Below are positions 10,800 to 20,000 of a DNA stretch of 64,000 nt, piece by piece. Position numbers and translations under genes: made by a program. The notes under the pieces were generated by a model. It was given only the letters and a program-made list of their open reading frames with translations. It searched no databases and was not told where the DNA came from. Position 1 is the first letter of the stretch. Each line of letters starts with the position of its first letter. Source of the stretch: Spirochaetota bacterium (GTDB taxonomy: Bacteria; Spirochaetota; UBA4802; UBA5550); contig OY760686.1 of NCBI GenBank assembly GCA_963663865.1, forward strand, positions 1,440,001 to 1,504,000, written 5' to 3'.

Positions 10800-12050
10800 T
10801 TACCTTTCTCCCTTGAGCACAGCTTCAGCGCCGCGGGCCTTTATGCGTTCTATCAGCAAAGGCACTATCTCCGCGTAGTCGCCTATTATGGAGTAGTCTG
10901 CCATCGATACCATGGGCGAGTTCCGGTCTGAGTTGATAGCAATTATTTTTTCTGAGCCCTGAATTCCCGCCATGTGCTGAACAGCTCCCGAAACCCCTAT
11001 GCCCACATATAGTCTGGGCGACACAGTACGGCCGGTCTGCCCGACCTGTCTTTCGTAGGGAAATAGCCCGGCTTCGACAAGGGGCCTGGAACAGGCAAGT
11101 GTGCCTCCGAGCAGATGAGCAAGCTCATCAAGCATACCGTAGTGCAGGCTGCTGTTTACTCCCTTGCCAAGGACTATCAGGGATTTGAAGCTTGAGATGT
11201 TAGCTGCCTCAGAGACAGAAGGGATTGTCTGCACAATGCGCGGATATTCAGGCGGGACAACATTGTAGTCTATTGTTTTTACTGTTCCCTTTCTTGAGCC
11301 GTCACGGTCACGTTTTTTCATGACTCCAGGGCGGACGGTGCTCATTTGCGGTCTCTTTTTGCGGCAGAGAATTGTTGCCATGATGTTCCCTCCGAATGTC
11401 GGCCTTGTCATTACCAGAAGGCGGTCATCCGTTATATCGAGTTCGGTGCAGTCGGCGGTAAGACCTGTTTCAAGCTTTGTTGCACAAAGCCCGGAAATTT
11501 CACTTCCGCGGTGAGTCGTGCCGATGAGCAGTATCTCCGGCTTTATCTGTCTGGTCAGCTCCGCGAGCGCCTCTCCGAAGTATCCGGCGGTGTAGCTTTC
11601 GAAATGAGCGCTCTGCATCCGGTAGACAGAGTCGCAGCCCATGGCGATAGCGTCGCTGCATGCGGCATCATCCCCCCCTAAAATAAAACCGATGACCTCG
11701 GTGCCCATTTTCTCGGCCATTTCGCGCGCCTTTCCCGTCAATTCCCAGGAGACATCGGCGACCTTTCCACTTTTGTATTCAAGAAGAACGGCGATTCCCC
11801 GCCAGGTGCCATTGGCTTCGGCTGAGGCCTGGGAAGAGCGTTTGCGAACCGGCCTGCTGAAGATTATCGCATCGCTGGGGCAGCTGCTGACACAGAGCGT
11901 GCATCCGGTGCACTTTTCGGGATCGATGAGGGCCACCCCGTCCTCCATGACAATGGCGTCAAAGGCGCATTCGGCTATGCATATCTGACAGCCTGAACAC
12001 TTTGAGGATATTACTTCGGCAACATCTTTGCCCTTGCTGTTTTTAGGCAT
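10800..12050 (-). CDS. fixB: Electron transfer flavoprotein alpha subunit (FixB/EtfA) with N-terminal 2x[4Fe-4S] domain
   Basis: Two CxxCxxCxxxC motifs, then TGLTADCT, RPTFGGN, QVGQTG and GVSGAVQH. The likely start (MPKNSK) at 12050 overlaps the fixA stop. Confidence 0.92.
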   Translation of the reverse strand: MPKNSKGKDVAEVISSKCSGCQICIAECAFDAIVMEDGVALIDPEKCTGCTLCVSSCPSDAIIFSRPVRKRSSQASAEANGTWRGIAVLLEYKSGKVADVSWELTGKAREMAEKMGTEVIGFILGGDDAACSDAIAMGCDSVYRMQSAHFESYTAGYFGEALAELTRQIKPEILLIGTTHRGSEISGLCATKLETGLTADCTELDITDDRLLVMTRPTFGGNIMATILCRKKRPQMSTVRPGVMKKRDRDGSRKGTVKTIDYNVVPPEYPRIVQTIPSVSEAANISSFKSLIVLGKGVNSSLHYGMLDELAHLLGGTLACSRPLVEAGLFPYERQVGQTGRTVSPRLYVGIGVSGAVQHMAGIQGSEKIIAINSDRNSPMVSMADYSIIGDYAEIVPLLIERIKARGAEAVLKGER

Positions 12051-12891
12051 TACTTTTTCCTCCGTTCGCAGCCAGCTCGACGATGCCGGGTTCATCCTTA
12101 AGGAGTTTTTTCAGAAGCGATCTTACTGATTCGGCAGCTCCGCTTTCCGAGCAGTCGAAGACGGGGCCTCCTTTCCGCTGAGGGGGTGCAAAGATGGTCT
12201 TTACTGAAGTCGGAGAGCCCTTCAGTCCGATTTTGCCGGGGTCAACATTGAGCATCTCTGCGGTCCATACAGGAATTTCCTTTCTCACCGAGGCTACAAG
12301 CTCAGGCAGCGACGGATAATGAGGCTCGACGCAGTTGAGTTCTACTGTAATCAGAGCAGGGAGCTTTGACTCAATTATCTCGCTTCCGGCTCCGGTTTCG
12401 CGCCTTACGGTTATAGTGTTTTTTGAGCTGTCCGTTTTTTCTATGGAGATAACGTTTGTAAGGAGCGTGTATCCAAGCCTTGAAGCGATGCCGGGGCCTG
12501 TCTGGGCTGTATCTCCGTCAACCGCCTGCTTTCCGCAGATCACGAGGCTGACGGGGTCGGATTCAGATATTCTGGATATTGCCGCTGAAAGCGTGGCGCT
12601 TGTCGCGAGGGTGTCAGCCCCGGCAAAGGCCCTGTCAGAGAGCAGTACGGCGTCGTCCGCGCCGAGGGCAAGACATTCCCTGAGAGCGCTTTCTGCCTGC
12701 GGTATTCCCATTGTAATGACTGTTACTCTGGCTTTTGACTCATGTGCGATTTTTACGGCGCATTCCGCGGCAACCAGGTCGTAAGGATTGCATATTGATT
12801 CTACTCCCGCCCTCATCAGTGTGTTTGTTTCGGGATCAATTCTGACCTGCGCGGTGTCGGGAACCTGTTTGATGCAGCATACTATATTCAT
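12043..12891 (-). CDS. fixA: Electron transfer flavoprotein beta subunit (FixA/EtfB)
   Basis: Motifs CIKQVPDT, NPYD, DRAFAGADTLAT, GKQAVDGDTAQTGP and GLKGSPT. Confidence 0.94.
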   Translation of the reverse strand: MNIVCCIKQVPDTAQVRIDPETNTLMRAGVESICNPYDLVAAECAVKIAHESKARVTVITMGIPQAESALRECLALGADDAVLLSDRAFAGADTLATSATLSAAISRISESDPVSLVICGKQAVDGDTAQTGPGIASRLGYTLLTNVISIEKTDSSKNTITVRRETGAGSEIIESKLPALITVELNCVEPHYPSLPELVASVRKEIPVWTAEMLNVDPGKIGLKGSPTSVKTIFAPPQRKGGPVFDCSESGAAESVRSLLKKLLKDEPGIVELAANGGKSNA

Positions 12892-13254
12892 GTCGATAAC
12901 ACCGGTTACGCGTATTTTTGAGAATCTGGCGCCTCAGCCGGAGGCGCCGTTTAATAAGGGGAACCATTCTGGTATTTCGGGTTTATAAGTCAACGTTAAA
13001 ACCCGGGATACGGTTGCTGTGCCGCGCTAATTCTCGAATTAAACATCTCAGAAGGCATTGAAATATCAATAAGAATTTACTGCTTTATACAGGCGCTGAA
13101 CGGGATGCTCAATTTCTGCTATTTGGATATGAAATTCAGAAAGCTGTATCTCAGGTGAAAATCTTTATAATCTCACTGTATAATCTTTATAAAAAATTAA
13201 CATGGAATTGCGAATTTAGCCGTGTGGTAAAATTTATGGAGAAAAGATTTTTTA

Positions 13255-14961
13255 ATGCGCTTTATTATGGATTTACTAAGACGTTTCAAGTCGGCTTCAA
13301 TCCTCATATCCCTCGCAACAATTGCTCTTCTGGTTTCCGTACAGAACATAATGATCTTTTACTTTGTATCAAAAAAGGATTCGGCGGTTGCTGAAATGCT
13401 GAAAGTACAGGACTCAAACAGTAAAATACGCGACGGCTGCATAGATTTTCTCGCGTGGAAGAACGAGCTCATCGAATCCATTTCCTCCGGCAGGGAATTT
13501 GCAGGAGAACTGAACCATAATGAAACGGGGCTTGCCAGGTGGTATTATTCTTTTTCGGGTACAGCCGAGTACTGGGAGATGGATGATGAACGGAGAGGGG
13601 TCTTCGACTCCATTGGTCCGGCCAATGTTGACCTTCATAATACCGCCAGGATGATGTTCGGAGCCAGGAACGCCGCGGAGAGAATGGAGATATATAACAG
13701 CAGCACGCGGCATGTTTCCGATCATGTCGGAAGCCTCATGCGGCAGTATATTGAGCTGAACAGAAAGTATCTGCTTTCCATGCGTGAGAAGATTGAGGAA
13801 ATATCATGGGAAACTACGGCATACTCTCTCGCCCTGGGTCTGCTGATAACGGCGTTTACAGTCTTTCTCGGATACAGGATTGCACGGTCTCTAATGAATA
13901 ATATGCGCGGATTTTCTGAAAGCTTCAGTAAAATGGCAAGGGGAGACCTGAAGGCTGATATTGAAAAAATATCAAGGGATGAATATGGTACTCTGGCGGT
14001 GGAGTTTAACAGATTTCTGGCGAGCATGAGGACGATGATTTTCGCGATAAGAGAGAACTGCGGTAACCTGGCTCTTTCGACCGAAGAAATCAGCAGAACA
14101 GTATCGAGTTTTACCGGAAACGCGCAAATGCAGGCCTCTCGCTCAGAGGAGATTGCGGCGCTCATGGATGATTTTGGCGGCGAAATAGACGGTATCGCCG
14201 AGGCCGCCGGGAATCACTCGGCCAGCTTTAACGCGTTGACTCAGATTATTTCAAGCCTATCCGATGTGATAATACTCATGAACGAAAATGTCGCATCGTC
14301 GTCGAAAAAGATTGACCGCATTGTTGACGAGGCCGAAGAGAGCCGAAAGCTATTTGCCAATATGAATTCGCTGATGAACAATCTCTCTGAAAGCTCAGGA
14401 GAAATGCGGGAGGCAGTACAGATGATTCATGACATCTCTGAACAGATTAATCTGCTTTCTCTTAACGCGGCTATCGAGGCGGCGAGGGCCGGCAAAGCCG
14501 GCGGAGGCTTCGCTGTTGTTGCGGGAGAAATATCCAAGCTTGCCGATGCTACTTCAAAGGGAATGTCCGGAATTGATTTGATAATCAATAGGAACTTTGA
14601 GGATACAGAAAGCGGTATCGAAGCCGTCAAAGCGGCGTCAGAGAGATTCATGGGCATAGTCAGGGAGATGAACTCAATACGTACCATGATGGGTTCAATA
14701 ATGGAGCTTACTGAGAGCCAGAACATGATCAATGAGGCGGTAAGCTCGGAAAACGAGAGAGTTCACGAGTACGAAAAAGCCGTCAATCACGCCATATATG
14801 AACAGAGGAAGGCGGTTGATGAGATTGTTGAGGCTGCAAAATCCATCGCGGAACTTAGTACGTTGAACGCTGCATGTATTGAAGAGATGTCGCTTTCCGT
14901 TGATTCAATCAACGAGAAGGCCTCCGAGCTTAATCAGATGGCGGGTCTTTTCAATGTTTAA
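13255..14961 (+). CDS. Methyl-accepting chemotaxis protein (2 TM, HAMP, signalling domain)
   Basis: Two TM segments, HAMP (GDL...[11 protein letters not shown]) and hairpin tip [29 protein letters not shown]. Confidence 0.93.
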   Translation: MRFIMDLLRRFKSASILISLATIALLVSVQNIMIFYFVSKKDSAVAEMLKVQDSNSKIRDGCIDFLAWKNELIESISSGREFAGELNHNETGLARWYYSFSGTAEYWEMDDERRGVFDSIGPANVDLHNTARMMFGARNAAERMEIYNSSTRHVSDHVGSLMRQYIELNRKYLLSMREKIEEISWETTAYSLALGLLITAFTVFLGYRIARSLMNNMRGFSESFSKMARGDLKADIEKISRDEYGTLAVEFNRFLASMRTMIFAIRENCGNLALSTEEISRTVSSFTGNAQMQASRSEEIAALMDDFGGEIDGIAEAAGNHSASFNALTQIISSLSDVIILMNENVASSSKKIDRIVDEAEESRKLFANMNSLMNNLSESSGEMREAVQMIHDISEQINLLSLNAAIEAARAGKAGGGFAVVAGEISKLADATSKGMSGIDLIINRNFEDTESGIEAVKAASERFMGIVREMNSIRTMMGSIMELTESQNMINEAVSSENERVHEYEKAVNHAIYEQRKAVDEIVEAAKSIAELSTLNAACIEEMSLSVDSINEKASELNQMAGLFNV

Positions 14962-16783
14962 TCTTTCAACTGTTAACGGAGTGAATCCAATGGATGTTCC
15001 CGCGTCCGGTCCGGAGGATATTATCCCCCTTGATGAGAAGTGGCGGCAGGTTGTTGCCGTGCTGGACTTCGCATTTCAGCCCATAGTAAACTACTACAGC
15101 GGTTCCATCTACGCGGTCGAAGCCCTTGTGAGAAACAGCGCCGAGGCGGGTTTCAGAGGCATCTTTGATATGTTTGACCAGGCTTACAGGGACGGTGTTC
15201 TCTATTCTTTCGATCTCGCTCTTCGCGACATGGCAGTAGGCAAGTTCAGTGAGCTGCCTTTTCATTCCCGAATTAAGCTTTTTTATAACTACGACCCCCG
15301 TGTTCACGAGATGCCTGATTATTCCTTCGGCCATACTGAAAGAATACTCGACTTTTACCGTGTGTCGTACGATTCTCTCTGTTTTGAGCTTTCAGAGCAG
15401 CACCGGATAAGCTCAGTGGGTGTTTTTGGTGACTTCATCGCGAAGACAAGGGGCAGAGGCTTTAAAATAGCGATGGACGATTTTGGTGCCGGATTCGCGG
15501 GATATGAGCTCTTTTACCACTCCGAGCCGGATTTTCTAAAGGTTGACAGGTTTCTGATCAGCGGGATTGACTCTGATATGAAGAAGAAGACCTTCTGTTC
15601 TTACATAATAGGCCTGGCAAAGTTTCTCGGTGTTGTCGTCATAGCGGAAGGGATAGAAACCGAGAGCGAGTTTCTTGCATGCCGTGACCTCGGATTTGAC
15701 CTCATGCAGGGATACTTTGTGAGCAGGCCGGTTACTGACATGAGCTGTATTCAGGAGGATTATCAATGTGTCAGATCCGCTATCATTATGAAGAGAAGAG
15801 GGCCGGATGCCGGGCGTGACCTGATTGGGCGTGAGATAATGTATCTTGATCCTATCTCGGTGAACGACCCGGTTGAAATACTCTTTAAAAGGTTTAACAG
15901 AAATTCGGAGTTAAACTTTTTTCCCGTCCTCGATACGCATGGAATGCCGCTTGGGATAATCCACGAGCGCAGCATCAAGAAATACATATATTCCCCATTC
16001 GGATACGATCTTCTGCATAACACGTCGGTGACGGAGTCGATATCCACGTTTATCGAAACGTGCCCGGTCGTAGATGAATCAATGAGTCAGGAAAAGATAC
16101 TGGAGATTGTCGCGAACAGCCCTGAACTCGACGGTGTTATTGTGACTTCAGAGCTTAAGTACAGGGGCTTTCTGTCAGCGAGGTCGATTTTAAAGATACT
16201 AAACGAGAGCAATCTGGCCTACGCGAGGGAGGTTAATCCCCTGACCAAGCTTCCCGGCAATATTCTCATCTCCCGTTATATTACAGTTTCAATGCAGACT
16301 GGAGCGAAGTATTCAATTTTCTTTTACTTTGATTTCAACAACTTCAAGCCTTTTAACGACAAATACGGTTTTAGAAAAGGTGACAGGGTAATAATGCTGT
16401 TTGCCGACATCCTCCAGAAGGAGATGGGAAGCTCAGGTTACTTTATCGGGCATGTGGGGGGCGACGACTTCTTTGCGGCCTGCTCATCGTCAGTTGATGA
16501 TGTTGATGTTCATATTCAGAAGGCTGTAAAAATATCAAAGGCATTTTCAGAATCAGTGACAGCCTTTTACGACAGGAAGGATATTGAGTCAGGCTATTAT
16601 CTTTCCGTTAACAGAGGCGGGGTTATGAAACGCTACCCTCTTCTTTCGGTAAGCTCTGCGGTTTTAAGAGTCTCGCCGCGTACTGTAAGTGAAGCGGAGC
16701 TTTCCGACAGGCTTGCCGAAGTTAAGGGGCGAGCGAAGCTGGATCCTGAAAATCTGGCCTATCTTGATCTGGTTTCCAGCTAG
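14954..16783 (+). CDS. EAL-CBS-GGDEF cyclic-di-GMP metabolism protein
   Basis: EAL motifs FQPIV, EALVR, DDFGAG, KVDR, AEGIET and QGY; a CBS pair; then NPLTKLPGN, FKPFNDKYG and HVGGDDF. ATG 14954 overlaps the MCP stop. Confidence 0.92.
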   Translation: MFNLSTVNGVNPMDVPASGPEDIIPLDEKWRQVVAVLDFAFQPIVNYYSGSIYAVEALVRNSAEAGFRGIFDMFDQAYRDGVLYSFDLALRDMAVGKFSELPFHSRIKLFYNYDPRVHEMPDYSFGHTERILDFYRVSYDSLCFELSEQHRISSVGVFGDFIAKTRGRGFKIAMDDFGAGFAGYELFYHSEPDFLKVDRFLISGIDSDMKKKTFCSYIIGLAKFLGVVVIAEGIETESEFLACRDLGFDLMQGYFVSRPVTDMSCIQEDYQCVRSAIIMKRRGPDAGRDLIGREIMYLDPISVNDPVEILFKRFNRNSELNFFPVLDTHGMPLGIIHERSIKKYIYSPFGYDLLHNTSVTESISTFIETCPVVDESMSQEKILEIVANSPELDGVIVTSELKYRGFLSARSILKILNESNLAYAREVNPLTKLPGNILISRYITVSMQTGAKYSIFFYFDFNNFKPFNDKYGFRKGDRVIMLFADILQKEMGSSGYFIGHVGGDDFFAACSSSVDDVDVHIQKAVKISKAFSESVTAFYDRKDIESGYYLSVNRGGVMKRYPLLSVSSAVLRVSPRTVSEAELSDRLAEVKGRAKLDPENLAYLDLVSS

Positions 16784-16835
16784 ACTGTCCCTCCGTCAAG
16801 CCGGGGATTGTTCCGGCCGCATCTATCCTTACCTA

Positions 16836-16864
16836 TTGACTTATCTGCCTCCGGGTAATATTAT
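16836..16864 (+). promoter_or_regulatory. Putative sigma70 promoter P1 of the FAS/PKS operon
   Basis: TTGACT-N17-TATTAT. Confidence 0.55.
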
Positions 16865-16912
16865 AGCGATATCTTACAGATGAAGCTGTTTCGCTCACTC
16901 CTGAAAGTCCGG

Positions 16913-16941
16913 TTGACAGAAAGATCTGTGAATAATATAAA
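16913..16941 (+). promoter_or_regulatory. Putative sigma70 promoter P2 of the FAS/PKS operon
   Basis: TTGACA-N17-TATAAA. Confidence 0.6.
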
Positions 16942-17064
16942 ATAATATATACAAATAAGATAAATAGGGCTGAACCACGGTTTTTTTTATTGACATCAAC
17001 CTCAAATCCGGGTGTCTGGTAAATCTTGAAAACGGACGGACGAGTCAGTCCGCAGGAGGAAAAA

Positions 17065-20000
17065 ATGATTAAGAGAATTATCAATACACCGCTGCCCTGC
17101 ATGGTTTACAATCCAGTAAAAACCGCAGATGCTTCTTACGCGGTTGCCGCCTATGAAGCCGGAGCTATGCCGGTTATTGATACCGAGTTTATCCAGACCG
17201 GGGATGTGCTGACGCTTGTGGATCAGCTTGCCGCACGGAACATTATATTCGGAGTCAGGCTGTTCGCTTCTGATACAGAGCTCATCGGCTCCCTGAGTGA
17301 AAGAAGGATAGACAACCTGGATCTGGTGGTGTTAGCCTACAGGAGGGCAGATGAGCTGTCAGGATTCGATTCATCTATGCCTTACCGGATATTCATTGAA
17401 ACAACTGATATAAACATTAATGATAAAATAGATTCAATCTCTCCGCAGGCGCTTATTGTCAAAGGCTTTGAAGGGGCAGGAAAGGTCTCGAAGTACACAT
17501 CGTATGTCCTTCTTCAGTGGTATCTTGACAAGACTTCATATCCGGTCGTCGTACACGGAGGAGTCGGGCAGTACACTGCATCGGGAATGTTCGCTGCGGG
17601 TGCGTCAGGCGTAGTACTCGACAGCCAGCTTTATCTTGCTGATGAGTCCCCGCTTTCAGATAATTTCAGAGACCTGCTCAGAAAGGTTGAGGAGAACAGC
17701 TCTTCGGTGATTGGAAAGGCAACGGGAATACCGTACAGGTTCTTTGCAAAGCTGGGCACAAAAATCGTAAAAGAGCTTAAGGAGAAGGAGAGCGTCCTTG
17801 CAGCTGAGGCTGACGGAAGCGCAAAGCTTTACAGGCTCATTGAAGAGCACTTAACTTCCATGAACGACTCATCGGCCAATACTCTTCAGTCGCTGTTCTA
17901 CCTCGGCCAGGACGGCGTCTTCTCAAAAAACTTTGTAAAAAACGGCACAAAGCTTAAAGATATGCTTCACGGCTTCTTCAAAACGGTCGGTGAGAACCTT
18001 GCGGACATCGAAGACTATGACCCGATCAGGGAGAACACAACTCTCGCCAGGGAACATGGAACCAGGTTCCCGATCGTACAGGGCCCTATGGGCAATATCA
18101 GCGACAGCCCTGATTTCGCGAAAAACGTATATGATTCAGGAGCACTCCCTTTCTTCGCTCTCGGAAATCTGCCGGTGAATCTCGCTGAGAATATGGTCAA
18201 AGGCGGAGCGGAAAAGAAGATATCTTTCGGCGCGGGAATGATAGGCATCGGGGCCATGAACAAGAGCTTTCAGGAACACATTGACATGGTGAAGAGGCAT
18301 AAGGCCCCGTTTGCGCTTTTCGCGGCCGGAATACCGGCTCAGGTTCTTGAGCTTGAAGCGGCAGGCACAAAGACCTATCTTCATACCCCTTCAATGCAGA
18401 TGCTTGAGAATGCGATGAAGAGCGGATGCTCCAGATTCATCTTCGAGGGCAATGAGGCTGGCGGCCACGTCGGCGGACAGACCAGCATGGTTCTGTGGGA
18501 GCTTGGAATGAACAGGCTCATGGAACTTGACGCTGAAAAGGTGAAAAACGTCAGAGCCGTATTCGGAGGCGGAATCGGTACCTCAAGAGGATCATGGTTC
18601 GTTTCAGGAATGACATCGTGTCTCGCGAGAAAGGGAGGGATGGTAGGTATACAGGTCGGTACGCTCTACCTGATGACCGAGGAGATCGTAAAGACAGGCG
18701 CCCTGAGCAAGGTGTACCACGAGCTTATACTGAAATCATGCGAGACAATAGTAATGGGAGAGACAGTGGGCCTCATGTCCAGAAGTCTTCCTTCTGTTTT
18801 CTCTCAGAAGATGATTGAGAATGAGCATCAGCGTATCCGCGACGGACTTCCTCTTGGCGACAGAAAGGTTGCCTTTGAGCATGACAATGTGGGAGCGCTT
18901 CTCGTTGGCGCGAAGGGCTACAGGCCAAAGTTCAATCCTGATGGAAAGGTTGAGCTGGTCAAGCATACTGAAAAAGACCAGTTCGATATGGGCAACTTCA
19001 TGGCCGGTGATTCAATCGCTTGCGAGGACAGGCAGATTAACGTTCCAGAGGTCAGCGATATCCTGATAAACAGGAAAAAAGGAATGTTCGCCAACCTTGA
19101 CCGCCTTGAAGTGATGACGAGCCGGGATTCAATTATACACGATGAGATTGCCGTTATCGGAATGGGCTGCGTGCTTCCCGATGCCGGAAGCCCGGAGGAG
19201 CTTTGGAAGAATATTCTCGATAAAAAATACTCTATTACTCGAATTGATGAAAAAAGGCTCTCTTCCGAATACTATTTCAGTGAGGACAGAAAGGCCGAGG
19301 GAAAAGCGTATTCAAGGATAGCCGGGCAGGTAAGCAATTTTAAATTTGATTACAGGAGATTCGGATTTACATCGGAAGAAGCCGGGGGGCTTTCAAGAAG
19401 CCAGCAGATGATCTTGGAATCGGCCGCAAGGGCTGCTGATGATGCTGGACTGTCGAAGGACAGTATTCCCGGTAACAGATCAGCTGTAGTAATAGGAACA
19501 TGCCTGTCAAGCGAGCTGATGAACGACCTGCTTCTCAAGTATAACTATCCCGAAATCAAATACTACATTGAACAGATTGAGGAGTTCAAGAGTCTCGACG
19601 CTAAGACGAAAAAATCCCTTCTGGAGGAATTAAAGAAGGCCGTTTCTCAGGGGCATACAGCTGAGTCTCCTGAAGGAGCCATGAACCACATGGAGGCGTC
19701 CAGAATCGCCGAATACCTGGGCATCAAAGGGCCGAATTACACGGTGGACGCCGCATGCGCGACGTCGCTTGCCGCTATCGACTCGGGAATCAAGGAGCTC
19801 AGGTCCGGGAAAAGCGATCTGGTTCTTGCCGGCGGTATAAACACTAATCTTTCTCCTGAATCCTTCATCGGCTTCTGCAAGATGGGAGCGCTCTCAGGCG
19901 AAGGGTCATATCCGTTCGATGAGAGATCAGGCGGCTTCGTGCTTGGTGAAGGTGCAGGCGTGTTCGTCCTCAAGAGGATGAAGGACGCTCTTAGAGACGG

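Noticed and set aside
12928-12948. GGCGCCTC-N5-GAGGCGCC hairpin upstream of fixA
   Set aside because: It is a single short GC-rich palindrome with no second copy noticed, so no function can be supported.
16833-17102. 89-aa minus-strand ORF upstream of the synthase
   Set aside because: It overlaps the synthase start and its promoter boxes and has no recognisable features.
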